Assembly: GCA_034520565.1 (NCBI GenBank)
Contig: JAXHNL010000002.1
Coordinates: 160,001-224,000, forward strand
Direction: 5' to 3'
From: Halodesulfurarchaeum sp.
GTDB lineage: Archaea > Halobacteriota > Halobacteria > Halobacteriales > Halobacteriaceae
DNA: 64,000 nucleotides
Position 1 is the stretch's first letter. The number at the start of each line of letters is the position of its first letter. Shown here piece after piece: positions 50,754 to 61,699 of the stretch. Made by a program: the position numbers and the translations under genes. The notes beneath the pieces were generated by a model. It saw only the letters and a list, made by a program, of their open reading frames with translations. It had not been told where the DNA came from and did no database searches.

Positions 50754-51750
50754 CCGAACCGGGTCCGTCGGCCGGGTACCCCACGGAAGCGAGCCCGAGA
50801 GGGACGGGATCGACTTCAGCGCGAACGTCAACCCGGAGATCCCCCCCGGAATCGACTCGGTTTACGACTCGGCTTTCGAAGCGAGCCGACACTACCCCCA
50901 GGACGCCGCACCGACATACCGACTGGCGGCCGGGGAGTACGTGGACGTCGATCCACGACGGGTGATCCCGACCGCCGGTGGCCTCGCAGCGATCAGACTC
51001 GCACTCTCGGTCACGCTCTCGCCCGGGGACAGCGTCCTCGTCCCGTTTCCGAGTTTCGGGGAGTACGCCCGCGAGGTGCGCCTCCAGGGGGCTGAACCCG
51101 AGTTCGTGTCCCACGACGAGCTGCTTGCAGCGGACCCCGGCCCCCACGAACTCGCCATCGTCTGCAATCCGAACAACCCGACGGGGGACGCGTACGACGC
51201 TTCGGAGCTCCGGGACTTCGTCGAACGGGCCCGGAACGTCGAAACGCCGGTGCTCGTGGACGAGGCGTTCCTCGGGTTCACCGACGAGCCGAGCCTCGCC
51301 GGCACGGACGGGGTAGTCGTCGCCCGATCGCTGACCAAACTTTTCGGCTTGCCGGGGCTTCGGGCGGGCTTCGCGGTGGCGGCTGGGGACCTCCGGGAGC
51401 GGATGGAGACGGCACGACTCACCTGGAATCTCGGCGTGCCGGCCATGGAAGTGGGCGCCCAGGTCATGCGGGCGACCGAGTTCGTCGAGGAGACCCGTGA
51501 TCGTGTCCGGAGGGAGCGATCCCAGATTCGAGCAACGCTCGAGGACCGGTACGAGATCCACGAGTCCGCTGCCCCGTTCCTCCTGCTCGAGGTCGAGGGG
51601 TCCGTCACCGACCTGCTCGAGCGGGCCCGCGAGCGTGGCGTGATCCTGCGGGACGCGCGGACGTTCCGTGGCCTCGACGCCCACGTCAGAGTCGCGGTCC
51701 GCAAGCCTTCGGAAAACCGCCGGCTGGAGGAGGTATTACTGGATGTTTGA
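50743..51750 (+). CDS. cobD: Threonine-phosphate decarboxylase
   Basis: HG..DFSANVNP, CNPNNPTG, VDEAFLGF and RSLTKLFGLPGLRAG. Confidence 0.88.
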   Translation: MDRDRTGSVGRVPHGSEPERDGIDFSANVNPEIPPGIDSVYDSAFEASRHYPQDAAPTYRLAAGEYVDVDPRRVIPTAGGLAAIRLALSVTLSPGDSVLVPFPSFGEYAREVRLQGAEPEFVSHDELLAADPGPHELAIVCNPNNPTGDAYDASELRDFVERARNVETPVLVDEAFLGFTDEPSLAGTDGVVVARSLTKLFGLPGLRAGFAVAAGDLRERMETARLTWNLGVPAMEVGAQVMRATEFVEETRDRVRRERSQIRATLEDRYEIHESAAPFLLLEVEGSVTDLLERARERGVILRDARTFRGLDAHVRVAVRKPSENRRLEEVLLDV

Positions 51751-52447
51751 GACCGAGATTCGGGATGGCGTTTTCCAGGCCCGCTCGCCCGGCGGCCGTT
51801 GGCTCCTCACGGGGTGGAGCGGCGGGTACACCGACGCCGACGCGGTCTACAACGTCTCGGTGCCAGAGGGGTGGGACCGCACGGATCTCGCGGCCTACAC
51901 GACCGAACGGCGGGAAGCGGCCGGGTTCGACACGCCGGGCCGGTCGCTTCTGACCGGCGTCGACATGAAACACGCCGTGGGCGCCGAACTCGATGGCGTC
52001 CGGGTCGTCGCCACCGTCGGGCTCTCGAATCCGGCACACCTCCCGCTGGAGCCGGACGGAACCGTGCCGGCGGGGCTCGTGCCCGAGGAGTCGCCCGAGA
52101 CTGGCACGGTCAACCTGCTCGTGGGCACGGAGCGCGCTTTGGCAGATGGCGCGCTCGCGACGCTGCTGGGAGTCGCCGTCGAGGCGAAAACCGCGACCCT
52201 CCAGGGGTTGACCGGCTTCTCGGGAACGACTTCCGACGCGGTCGCTGTCGGCACCGATCCAGACGGTGTGAAAGCGGCCTTCGCCGGGAGCGCAACGGTC
52301 GTCGGGGACGCCACGAGAGCCGCCGTCCGCGAAGCCGTTCGGGGAAGTTTCGAGTCGCGGTTCGCGACGGAAGCACCACCGACATCGGTCGACTCGGCCG
52401 ACGCCGGGATCGTGACGAGTCGAATGGCCGAGGTGTTCGATCCGTGA
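51743..52447 (+). CDS. cbiZ: Adenosylcobinamide amidohydrolase
   Basis: [27 protein letters not shown] and GTTSDAV. Confidence 0.88.
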   Translation: MFETEIRDGVFQARSPGGRWLLTGWSGGYTDADAVYNVSVPEGWDRTDLAAYTTERREAAGFDTPGRSLLTGVDMKHAVGAELDGVRVVATVGLSNPAHLPLEPDGTVPAGLVPEESPETGTVNLLVGTERALADGALATLLGVAVEAKTATLQGLTGFSGTTSDAVAVGTDPDGVKAAFAGSATVVGDATRAAVREAVRGSFESRFATEAPPTSVDSADAGIVTSRMAEVFDP

Positions 52448-54015
52448 CCGAGCCGAGCGGGGGAGAATCCGACGCGACGACGATTCTCGTAGCCGGTACG
52501 GCCAGTCACGTCGGCAAATCCGTCGTGACGGCGGGGCTCGCACGACTGTTGGCCAACAGCGGGGTCGCCGTGGCGCCGTTCAAGGCCCAGAACATGAGCA
52601 ACAACGCTCGCGTGGTCGTCTCGCCGGATCGGGACGGCGAATCCGGAGACTGCGCCGGCACTGCCCGCGACGGGGAAGCCGAATGGGGCGAGATCGGCGT
52701 CTCACAGTACGTCCAGGCCCGGGCGGCCGACGTGACCCCGACGACGGATATGAATCCCGTGCTCCTCAAACCCCGGGGCGACGGCGAGAGCCAGCTCGTC
52801 CTCCACGGGCAGGCGATGGACCACTTCGAGCCCGGAACGTACTACGAGGACCACTGGGGGGCCGCACGGGACGCTGCCGTCGCCTCCCACCGCCGGCTCG
52901 CAGCCGAGTACGACGTAATCGTCGCCGAAGGGGCCGGAAGCGTCGCGGAGATCAACTTGCTCGACCGCGACCTCGCCAACGTCGAGACAGCTCGCTTTGC
53001 CGACGCCGAGATCATCCTGGTCGGCGACATCGAGCGCGGAGGCGTGTTCGCCAGCCTCTATGGCACTCTCGAGTTGATGCCGGCGGATATCCGCGAGCGA
53101 GTGGCCGGGCTCATCATCAACAAGTTCCGCGGCTCGAAAGCCGTCCTCGACCCGGGAATCGAGGAGTTCGAGTCGATGACCGGCGTCCCCGTGCTCGGCG
53201 TGCTCCCGGCCGACGATCCGGGACTCCCAGCGGAGGACAGCGTCTCGCTGCCGGCCGAAGGCGAGTACACCGTGTTCGGGGACGTTGACGGGGTCGACGC
53301 GGACCGGTCGGTCCACGTCGCCGTGCCCCGGATTCCGTTCATCTCGAACTTCACCGACCTCGAACCCCTTTCCGCCGAACCGGGTGTTCGGGTTCACTAC
53401 GTCCCCCTCGACGCCGAGTTGGGGACGTACGACGCGGTCGTGCTCCCGGGCTCGAAAAACACGGTCGACGACCTCCTCGCTTTGCAGGAGGCGGGATTCG
53501 GCCCACGGATTCGGGCCTTCGACGGGCCCGTGGTGGGCATCTGTGCCGGCTACCAGATGCTCGGCGACCGGATCGAGCGCGCCGGCATCGAGAGCACGGC
53601 GGTCGACGGCACCGTCGAGGGGCTCGGGGTGCTCCCCGTCGTGACCGAATTCTCCAGCGAGAAAACGGTCACCCGAACCACCTGCGAGGTCGAGGGTGCA
53701 GGGCCCATCGCGGGAGCGACTGGGCCCACCTCGGGGTACGAGATTCACATGGGCGACACGCGCTTTCTCGTTTCCCTCGAACACCCGCTCGAAGCCACGA
53801 GCGCGCTCGACGGCGACGTCCTTGGGACCTACCTCCACGGGCTCTTCGAGAACCGCTCAGTTCGGGAGGCGTTCGTCCGGACGCTCTTTTCCCGTGCCGG
53901 GCTGGAGCGGCCAGAAGCGAGCGGGCGAGGCAAGTCCCCATACGACCGGGCCGCCACGCTCCTGGAGGCGCATCTCGATTTCGGGCCAGTCGACGGACTC
54001 GGTGAACTTCGGTAA
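52444..54015 (+). CDS. cbiP: Cobyric acid synthase
   Basis: [48 protein letters not shown] and GYEIHMG. Confidence 0.93.
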   Translation: MTEPSGGESDATTILVAGTASHVGKSVVTAGLARLLANSGVAVAPFKAQNMSNNARVVVSPDRDGESGDCAGTARDGEAEWGEIGVSQYVQARAADVTPTTDMNPVLLKPRGDGESQLVLHGQAMDHFEPGTYYEDHWGAARDAAVASHRRLAAEYDVIVAEGAGSVAEINLLDRDLANVETARFADAEIILVGDIERGGVFASLYGTLELMPADIRERVAGLIINKFRGSKAVLDPGIEEFESMTGVPVLGVLPADDPGLPAEDSVSLPAEGEYTVFGDVDGVDADRSVHVAVPRIPFISNFTDLEPLSAEPGVRVHYVPLDAELGTYDAVVLPGSKNTVDDLLALQEAGFGPRIRAFDGPVVGICAGYQMLGDRIERAGIESTAVDGTVEGLGVLPVVTEFSSEKTVTRTTCEVEGAGPIAGATGPTSGYEIHMGDTRFLVSLEHPLEATSALDGDVLGTYLHGLFENRSVREAFVRTLFSRAGLERPEASGRGKSPYDRAATLLEAHLDFGPVDGLGELR

Positions 54016-54022
54016 CGCCGAA

Positions 54023-54982
54023 TCAGAACAGGTGTTCTTCCGAGACTTCGACGCCACCGCCCACGCGCCAGACGCGGGTCGGGATCCCCTCGTCCTCGAT
54101 TGCCTGTCGAACCGTCTCGACGTATTCGGCGGTCGTGTTGAGGTACGCGGTCGCGCCGGTATCCGCGGAGAAATAGACAGGGACCCCGTTCTCCCGGAGA
54201 TTGCGGGCGGTCTCGAGGACGGCAAGGGTCTCCGGGCGCCAGTAGAGCCACCCCTCCGGACCCGTCATCGTAACCCCCAGGAGTTCGATCGACTCGCGCT
54301 CTGCGATGGCGAAGGTGGCCTCGAAGTCCCCCGTCCGAATCGCCCGGCGGAGGTCGGCACTCGTCTCGTGCACGCCGGCCAGTCGGGCTTCGAAGTACGG
54401 CGAGTCCGGGGTCGTCGCGTGAGCGCGCGAGGTGTACTTTCGCTCCGGCAGCGAGGCGATGACGATTCGGATGTCCGCGTCGAACCCGGCGGGAATCGCT
54501 TTCGCGACGGCTGCCTCGGGCGCATCCTGGGTCTTTAGATGTGCGAATCCGCCGACGACGCTCCGGGCGGCGGAAGCAGCTCCCCGTCTGGCGAGACGGG
54601 AGAGTTCCGCTCTGGACGGGTCGAGACCGGCCGCGTCGGCCGCGGCCCTGGCCAGGGCCGCGTAGGCCGAGGCCGAGGCGCCGAGGCCGACGTTCGACTC
54701 GAAGGTGTTCTCGGAGACGACCCGCGCGCCGCTGTCCAGTCCGGACTGCCCACGAACGAGGTCCAGCACCTCCCGTGCCCGGCCAGCGCCCTCCTCGTCG
54801 ATCGGCTCGCCGTCGACGAGGATCGAATCGGCGTCGTGGCCGAACTCGACCGTGGTCGTGGTCCGGGAGGGGGCCGTACAGACCGAGATCGAGTCGTGGG
54901 CCGGGACGTTCCGCGACGGATCGCGGAACCCGTGGTACTTCAACAGGCCCTGGATCGGATGTGCGACGGCGGTCGCCTTCAT
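54023..54982 (-). CDS. mvaD: Phosphomevalonate decarboxylase (GHMP family)
   Basis: MKATAVAHPIQGLLKYHG, HDSISVCTAPS, NVGLGASASAYAAL and YFSADTGA. Confidence 0.88.
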   Translation of the reverse strand: MKATAVAHPIQGLLKYHGFRDPSRNVPAHDSISVCTAPSRTTTTVEFGHDADSILVDGEPIDEEGAGRAREVLDLVRGQSGLDSGARVVSENTFESNVGLGASASAYAALARAAADAAGLDPSRAELSRLARRGAASAARSVVGGFAHLKTQDAPEAAVAKAIPAGFDADIRIVIASLPERKYTSRAHATTPDSPYFEARLAGVHETSADLRRAIRTGDFEATFAIAERESIELLGVTMTGPEGWLYWRPETLAVLETARNLRENGVPVYFSADTGATAYLNTTAEYVETVRQAIEDEGIPTRVWRVGGGVEVSEEHLF

Positions 54983-55124
54983 GGCCTGTCGAAACGGTAC
55001 GGCCACCGCCCAATAACCAGTTCCGGTCTCGCCGGGCACTCGTCAGTCCCGACGAAGTGGACACTCCAGCCGGCGAATTACCGCCACGGGCACGGTTAAC
55101 TTCGTGGGGCCCATTTCCGGCAGT

Positions 55125-56015
55125 ATGAACATCTTGGTCACCGGAGCGACCGGCTTCATCGGAAGCAACCTGGTGCCGGCCCTGTTGGAGCAGGGACACG
55201 ACGTCTCGGCGCTCACCAGGGACCGGGAGCGGGGACGAGCCCAGTTGGATTCACGGGTCGACGTCCGCGAAGGTGACGTGTTGGCCCCCGAGACCCTCGA
55301 TGGGGTCTTCGAGGATTGCGAGGTGGTCTACTACCTCATCCATTCCCTCGGCATCGGTGACGAGTTCGAAGAACGGGACAAGCGGGCCGCCGAGAACTTC
55401 GCCGAGGCCGCAAGCGTGGCGGGGGTCGACCGGGTGATCTATCTCGGTGGACTCGGGGAAACCGGCGAGGACCTCTCACCCCATCTCCGGTCCAGACAGG
55501 AGGTCGAAGAAACCCTGCGAACCGGGAGCTACGATCTCACGGGCTTCCGGGCCGCGATCGTGGTGGGTGCGGGGAGTGCGAGTTTCGAGATGGTCCGTCA
55601 GATGGTCTCCAGACTGCCGGTGATGATCACGCCGAAGTGGGTCAGAACGCCCTCCCAGCCCATCGCGATTTCGGACGTGGTGGAATACCTCGTCGGGGCC
55701 CTCGATGTACCCGAAACCCGCGGTGAGACCCTCGAAATCGGCGGCCCCGAAGTGCTCTCCTATCAGGAAATGATGGAGCGCACGGCGGCGGCGATGGGGC
55801 GGCGGCTTTACATTGTGCCCGTCCCGGTGCTCACGCCCAAACTCTCGGTGTACTGGATCGACCTGGTAACCGACACGCCGAAACACATCTCACACCCGTT
55901 GATCGAGGGACTGCGCAATCCGGTCGTCGTTCGCGACGACCGAGCCCAGGCGCTGCTGCCGATCGAGCGAACGCCCTTCGACGAGGCCGTCCGGCGGGCC
56001 ATCGAAGCCGAATGA
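55125..56015 (+). CDS. NAD(P)-binding SDR/epimerase-like protein
   Basis: LVTGATGFIG, YYLIHSL and LSPHLRSRQEVE. Confidence 0.85.
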   Translation: MNILVTGATGFIGSNLVPALLEQGHDVSALTRDRERGRAQLDSRVDVREGDVLAPETLDGVFEDCEVVYYLIHSLGIGDEFEERDKRAAENFAEAASVAGVDRVIYLGGLGETGEDLSPHLRSRQEVEETLRTGSYDLTGFRAAIVVGAGSASFEMVRQMVSRLPVMITPKWVRTPSQPIAISDVVEYLVGALDVPETRGETLEIGGPEVLSYQEMMERTAAAMGRRLYIVPVPVLTPKLSVYWIDLVTDTPKHISHPLIEGLRNPVVVRDDRAQALLPIERTPFDEAVRRAIEAE

Positions 56016-56746
56016 CCCGGCCAAAGTCGTCTCGTGGTGCCAGGAGTCGGTCTCGACCACCCGGTGACCGCGAATGGGTCTACGAGAGCATCGTGCGGAG
56101 CGTCCCCGGGGTCAACACGTCCCGGCGGGTCGCCGTCGCCGTCCAGTTTCTCGCCTTCGAGGCCGCCGTGCTTGGGTTTGGCTGGTATCACGGGTTGTGG
56201 AAGGCCGCACTCGCGGGGACGGCCGGGGTGCTCGTCGCCGTCGCCGGCAGCCTGTTCATGCTCCGGCTCTCACGGGGTCTCAAAAGCGGCGAGGGGCCGG
56301 ACCGGTACGTCGACCTCCTCTTCGGTTCGAGTATCGAACTCGTCCTCGGGCTGGTCTCCTTCACGATGTTGATCGTGTACGCCTTCGTGTACGACCCCCA
56401 GGGGGCCGGTCCGGCCCTCGTCGCCGATCTCCTCGGGGACCCCCCACCACTCGCGTTCACGTTCGTGCTCCTGCTCGTCGGCTGGGACGTCGCCTACCGG
56501 ATCGGAGTCGGGTGGTGGGCCAGTGTCACGGGGCTGTGGCGCTCGGTCGCCATGGCCGAGTCGCTCTCCGAATCGGCGCGTCGCCGCTTTACCAGGCTGG
56601 ACGCGATGACGATCGGGTTCGCCAGCTTGCAGCTGGTGCTGGTGCCGATTCTCGGTGGCCACCCGCTCGTCCAGATCGCCCTGCTGGGGCACGTCTTTGC
56701 CGTCGCGTTGGTTTCCGGGACGTCGATCCTGCTCCTCAACCGATGA
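56012..56746 (+). CDS. Hypothetical membrane protein
   Basis: About six hydrophobic helices. ATGA overlap with the upstream gene. Confidence 0.75.
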   Translation: MTRPKSSRGARSRSRPPGDREWVYESIVRSVPGVNTSRRVAVAVQFLAFEAAVLGFGWYHGLWKAALAGTAGVLVAVAGSLFMLRLSRGLKSGEGPDRYVDLLFGSSIELVLGLVSFTMLIVYAFVYDPQGAGPALVADLLGDPPPLAFTFVLLLVGWDVAYRIGVGWWASVTGLWRSVAMAESLSESARRRFTRLDAMTIGFASLQLVLVPILGGHPLVQIALLGHVFAVALVSGTSILLLNR

Positions 56747-56788
56747 GGATACCAGGCGGTTGGGTTTTCCCGGTCCCAACCGAAGGTC

Positions 56789-57280
56789 ATGGCGATGACC
56801 CGCGCTCGGTCCTGGCTGCTCGCTCTTTTCCTGCTCGTGATGGCCATGACGCTGGTCGTGGGCGGGCCGGTCGGGGAGGTCCGCGTCGGCGAGCACGCGC
56901 CGGCCGGGGCGGAGTACGCGACAGTCACGTTCGTGGACGAATCCGGCAGCGAGCTGGGACAGGTATCGGGCCCCGTCCTCGACAACCGATCCGAGCGATA
57001 CACCGGCCTCAGCGAGACCGAGAGCCTCGATCCGAACGAGGGAATGATTTTCGTCTACGACGACGAAGCCACGCGGAGCTTCGTCATGCAGAACATGTCC
57101 TTCCCCCTGGACATCATCTTCGTCGGGGCCGACCGGCGGATCACCGTGATCCACCACGCGGCCGTCGACGACGAGGGACGGTTCACTGGTAAGGCCCGGT
57201 GGGTCATCGAGGTCAATCGCGGGTACACCGACGAGCACGGCGTGTCCGTCGGCGACGAGGTCCAGGGCCTCCCGCGGTGA
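56789..57280 (+). CDS. DUF192-domain exported protein
   Basis: RYTGLS, GMIFVY, MQNMSFPLDIIFV and VIEVNRG. Confidence 0.85.
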   Translation: MAMTRARSWLLALFLLVMAMTLVVGGPVGEVRVGEHAPAGAEYATVTFVDESGSELGQVSGPVLDNRSERYTGLSETESLDPNEGMIFVYDDEATRSFVMQNMSFPLDIIFVGADRRITVIHHAAVDDEGRFTGKARWVIEVNRGYTDEHGVSVGDEVQGLPR

Positions 57281-57342
57281 AACATCCACAGGACGGGGGG
57301 ATTCGACAACCCTTTTGAACGAACGCGGCCCCACATTGACGT

Positions 57343-59277
57343 ATGGCCTATTCCGCCGACGAGGACGACCCCTTCGAGGACGTCCGGGAGCAGGCCTCGA
57401 ACCCGATGGAGCGCCTGTTCGTCGGCTACGGCGGGTCGTATTTTCCCTACTTCCTCGTCGGAGTCATCACGAGCGTCTTCGCCCGGCTGCTCGACCTCCT
57501 GCCGCCGATTCTCCTGGGGATCGCCATCGACTCGGTCTTTCGCGATACCGTGCCCTTCGATTCCAGGCTCCCCATCTCGTGGTTCCCCGATCCCTGGCTC
57601 CCCGTCACCCCCGAAGGGAAGTTCTGGTTCACCGTCGGGCTGATCGCCTTCAGCTTCGCCGGCGCGGCGATCTTCCACTGGACCCGCAACTGGGGCTGGA
57701 ACTCCTTCGCCCAGAAGATCCAGCACGACGTGCGCACCGACACCTACGACGAGATGCAGCGACTGGACATGCGCTTTTTCGCCGACAAGCAGACCGGGGA
57801 GCTGATGTCGATCCTCTCGAACGACGTCAACCGCCTCGAGCGCTTCCTCAACGAGGGAATGAACGGGGCACTTCGACTGGGGGTCATGGTGCTCGGGATC
57901 GGTGGGGTGCTGTTCGCGCTCAACTGGCAACTTGCGCTCGTCGCACTGCTGCCGGTTCCCCTGATCGCCGGGTTCACGTACGTCTTCGTGCGCCTGATCC
58001 AGCCGAAGTACGCCACCGTGCGGGCCTCCGTGGGAACGCTCAACTCCCGACTGGAGAACAACCTCGGGGGAATTTCAGTGATCAAGAGCTCGAACACCGA
58101 GGCCTACGAGTCCGAACGGGTCGAGGACGTCTCGATGGAGTACTACGACGCCAACTGGGACGCGATCCGGACCCGGATCACCTTCTTCCCCGGCCTCCGC
58201 TTGCTCGCCGGAATCGGCTTCGTGATCACGTTCACGGTCGGTGGTCTGTGGGTCTTTCGCGGGGTTGCCCCCGGTCCGTTTTCCGGCACGCTCGAGGTCG
58301 GGAGCTTCGTCACGTTCATCCTCCTGACCCAGCAGTTCATCTGGCCGATGGCCCAGTTCGGTCAGATCATCAACATGTACCAGCGGGCCCGGGCCTCCGC
58401 CGAGCGCATCTTCGGACTGATGGACGAGCCCAGCCAGATCCCCGAGGATCCCGACGCGCCGGCCCTCGAGGTGACCGACGGCGAGGTCGTCTTCGACGCG
58501 GTGAGTTTCGGCTACGAGGAGGAGGGCATTCTGAAAGATCTCTCCTTTCGGGCGGAAAGTGGGGACACGCTGGCGCTCGTCGGACCGACTGGTGCCGGGA
58601 AATCGACTGCACTCAAGCTCCTGTTACGCATGTACGACGTGGACGACGGCGCGATCCGCATCGACGGACAGGACATCCGTTCGGTCTCCCGGTCCAGCCT
58701 CCGCTCGCATATCGGCTACGTCAGCCAGGACACCTTCCTCTTCTACGGGACGGTCATGGAGAACATTCGGTACGGGGCAAGGGACGCCACAGATGAGGAG
58801 ATCATCGAGGCCGCGAAGGCGGCCCGGGCCCACGAGTTCATCGAGAACCTGCCCGAGGGGTATGACACCAAGGTGGGCGAACGCGGTGTCAAACTCTCCG
58901 GCGGCCAGCGCCAGCGTGTCGCGATCGCCCGGGCGGTCCTGGCGGACCCGAAGATCCTGATCCTCGATGAGGCGACCTCCGACGTCGACACCGAGACGGA
59001 GATGCTCATCCAGCGGAGTTTGCGCGAACTCACCGAAGACCGGACGACCTTCGCAATCGCCCACCGGCTCTCGACAGTCAAGGACGCCGAGACGATCGTC
59101 GTGCTGGACGAAGGGCAGGTCGTCGAGCAGGGCACCCACGAGGAGTTGCTCGAGGAGGGGGGCCTGTACGCCAACCTCTGGGGCGTCCAGGCCGGCGAAA
59201 TCGAGGATCTGCCCGATGCGTTCGTCGATCGCGCCCGCGAGCGACTGATCGACGGCGAGCTCGAGTTCGAGGACTGA
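57343..59277 (+). CDS. ABC exporter, fused permease and ATPase
   Basis: N-terminal TM domain, GPTGAGKS, LSGGQRQR, ILDEATS and IAHRLST. Confidence 0.93.
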   Translation: MAYSADEDDPFEDVREQASNPMERLFVGYGGSYFPYFLVGVITSVFARLLDLLPPILLGIAIDSVFRDTVPFDSRLPISWFPDPWLPVTPEGKFWFTVGLIAFSFAGAAIFHWTRNWGWNSFAQKIQHDVRTDTYDEMQRLDMRFFADKQTGELMSILSNDVNRLERFLNEGMNGALRLGVMVLGIGGVLFALNWQLALVALLPVPLIAGFTYVFVRLIQPKYATVRASVGTLNSRLENNLGGISVIKSSNTEAYESERVEDVSMEYYDANWDAIRTRITFFPGLRLLAGIGFVITFTVGGLWVFRGVAPGPFSGTLEVGSFVTFILLTQQFIWPMAQFGQIINMYQRARASAERIFGLMDEPSQIPEDPDAPALEVTDGEVVFDAVSFGYEEEGILKDLSFRAESGDTLALVGPTGAGKSTALKLLLRMYDVDDGAIRIDGQDIRSVSRSSLRSHIGYVSQDTFLFYGTVMENIRYGARDATDEEIIEAAKAARAHEFIENLPEGYDTKVGERGVKLSGGQRQRVAIARAVLADPKILILDEATSDVDTETEMLIQRSLRELTEDRTTFAIAHRLSTVKDAETIVVLDEGQVVEQGTHEELLEEGGLYANLWGVQAGEIEDLPDAFVDRARERLIDGELEFED

Positions 59278-59342
59278 TCGAGTCCGTCTTCCCCGGACAC
59301 GCGAACGGGGTGTTTTTTGGTCTCGCCCGCCGCCCACTGCAC

Positions 59343-60077
59343 ATGGACCTCCACGCGAGCACCTGGACCGACGTCGACGCGGCCGGGACCGACCTGGCTC
59401 TCCTCCCCGTCGGCAGCACCGAGCAACACGGGCCCCACGACCCGCTCGGGACGGACTTCCTGACCGCCGGGCGGGTCGCGAGCGAAACCGCCGACCGAAT
59501 GGCGGATTCCGTCATGGTCGCGCCGCCGGTTCCGGTCGGAATCTCCGAAGAGCACAGCCAGTTCACCGGAACGCTCTGGGTCGCCCCGGACACGTTCCGG
59601 TCCTACGTCCGGGAGGTCGCCGAATCGCTCGTGCATCACGGCTGGAACCGGATCGTCCTCGTCAACGGGCACGGTGGAAACGTGCCGGCACTCGGGGAGG
59701 TGGCCGCTGATCTCTCCCGGCAGTCCGAGGCTCTCGTCGTCCCGTTCACCTGGTTCGATGCCGTCGACGGCCAGTTCGACATGGGCCATGCCGGCCCGAT
59801 CGAGACCTCCTTCCTCCTCCACACCCATCCCGAACTGGTCCGCGAGGATCGGCTCGAAGCGGGCCGTGACGGCGGGACGGACAGCTGGGGAGAGTGGGTC
59901 TCCGGGACGAATCTGGCCCACGACGCCGCCGAGTTCACCGAGAACGGGACGGTCGGCGACCCGACGAAGGCGAGTGCCGAGGCGGGCGAAAACCTGCTCG
60001 ATGGGGCCGTCACGGCGCTCGAAGCCCTCCTCGAGGCGGTCGCGGAGCGGCCCGTCGAAAAGCCAACCCACCGATAG
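59343..60077 (+). CDS. Creatininase-family amidohydrolase
   Basis: PVGSTEQHGPH...TD, SEEH..FTGTL, NGHGGN and HAGPIETS. Confidence 0.88.
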   Translation: MDLHASTWTDVDAAGTDLALLPVGSTEQHGPHDPLGTDFLTAGRVASETADRMADSVMVAPPVPVGISEEHSQFTGTLWVAPDTFRSYVREVAESLVHHGWNRIVLVNGHGGNVPALGEVAADLSRQSEALVVPFTWFDAVDGQFDMGHAGPIETSFLLHTHPELVREDRLEAGRDGGTDSWGEWVSGTNLAHDAAEFTENGTVGDPTKASAEAGENLLDGAVTALEALLEAVAERPVEKPTHR

Positions 60078-60145
60078 TCGTCCATCCGGCCGGCCAGGAC
60101 CACCGCAAAGAACGATGCTGTCGTCACCGGTCGTCCCCCGATCGC

Positions 60146-60481
60146 TTACTCGACCGCGTCGAGGGTCATCAGCGGGTAGCCATCGACCATCGTCATGGAT
60201 CCCCGGGCTCGTTTCCCCTCCATCGCGACGACCACGTCGACGTTCATGTGCCGGCCCGCCAACCCGGTGTAGCCATACGGGCCGACGTCCGCGGCGACGG
60301 CCTCGCGGTCGATTGTCACCGTGACCGTCTCGCAGTGAGGCTGGTTCTCAATTGACTCCTCGATTGCGGTCTCGAGACTCGCCGCACTCGATTCGCCGAC
60401 CGGCGTCCCTATGAACTGGTGAAAGAGGGCGCCGAACTTGATGCCGAGTTCGAAACTCGCCTGCTCGCCGTCGGTGGGCAT
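60146..60481 (-). CDS. mptD: Archaeal dihydroneopterin aldolase
   Basis: FELGIKFGALFHQFIGTPV, IENQPHC and GYPLM. Confidence 0.85.
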   Translation of the reverse strand: MPTDGEQASFELGIKFGALFHQFIGTPVGESSAASLETAIEESIENQPHCETVTVTIDREAVAADVGPYGYTGLAGRHMNVDVVVAMEGKRARGSMTMVDGYPLMTLDAVE

Positions 60482-60565
60482 GGCAGACACCTGTGGGGAC
60501 AGCGGCAAAGCCGTTCGGGTTCGAACCACATCCTACTTATTCCCGCTTGCCTACTCATCACTCGA

Positions 60566-61339
60566 ATGGACGAGCCGGTACTGCTGACCGGGGCTGCCGG
60601 GCGGGTCGGCACCGCGATCAGGGAGAAGATCGGCGAGAAGTACGACTTTCGCCTCCTCGACCGCGAGCCGCCCGCCGAACCCGTCTCCCACCCGCTTTAC
60701 GTCGGCGACATCACCGAACGGGACACCCTCGAGGAGGCGATGGAGGGAGTCTCGGTGGTCGTCCACCTCGCGGGTGACCCGCGCACGGACGCCCCGTGGG
60801 AGAGCGTCCTCCGGAACAACATCGACGGGACCCGGATGGTCTTCGACGTCGCGGTCGAAGCCGGGGTAGAGAAGGTGATCTTCGCCTCGACGAATCACGC
60901 CGTCGGCCATTACGAGACCGATCGCGAGCCCGAGATCTACCGGACCGACGACGAGTTCCGCCTCGACGGCACCGAACTGCCCCGGCCCAGCAACCTCTAC
61001 GGCGTGAGCAAGGCCGCGGGGGAGACCCTCGGACGCTACTACCACGACGAGTACGGGATCAGCGTCCTGAACGTCCGGATTGGGAATCTCACGAAGGACC
61101 ACCCGCCGCGGAACTACGAGCGCGGGCAGGCGATGTGGCTCTCCCACCGGGACTGTGCCCACCTCTTCGATCGGGCGATCGAGGCCGAGTACGGCTTCGA
61201 GATCGTCTACGGGATCTCCGACAACGACCGGAAGTTCTACTCCCTGGAGCGAGCGCGGGAGGTGCTGGGGTACGAGCCACGGGACAACTCCGGGGAGTAC
61301 ACGTTAAGCGGGGAGCCGAAAGACGGCGACGACTTGTAG
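60566..61339 (+). CDS. azf: NAD-dependent glucose-6-phosphate dehydrogenase (Azf-like SDR)
   Basis: LLTGAAGRVG, HLAGDPR, FASTNHAVG, YGVSK and YERGQAMWLS. Divergent from mptD. Confidence 0.8.
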   Translation: MDEPVLLTGAAGRVGTAIREKIGEKYDFRLLDREPPAEPVSHPLYVGDITERDTLEEAMEGVSVVVHLAGDPRTDAPWESVLRNNIDGTRMVFDVAVEAGVEKVIFASTNHAVGHYETDREPEIYRTDDEFRLDGTELPRPSNLYGVSKAAGETLGRYYHDEYGISVLNVRIGNLTKDHPPRNYERGQAMWLSHRDCAHLFDRAIEAEYGFEIVYGISDNDRKFYSLERAREVLGYEPRDNSGEYTLSGEPKDGDDL

Positions 61340-61699
61340 GTTGCCGATTGGTCGAATAATCCCGCTCCTGTAGCGTGTCGAAAGCCGCCTCTCGCGGGAC
61401 GGCATTTTCGTAGGCATACACGCCGGGTAGGGGGGTAGATTCCATCGGGCGGTTCGTCCGTAGGTTCGCCGGGAGGGTCTTAGAAGTTGGCCCTAAAATT
61501 GGTTTAGAAGGGTTGCGTCGACTGATTACAGACAAATCGATACTCCAGAGTCATACAATCTGTTGAAACTGCTTGGATGGTGATGAGAATAGGTTGCAAG
61601 ATATCGGGCCTGTATGCAGCATGCTGGTTCCGTGGCGACAGGCCATTATCGGTGGTGCCCACCAAACGGGTTTTCACTTTGGCCTTGGAGGTGGAGTGC

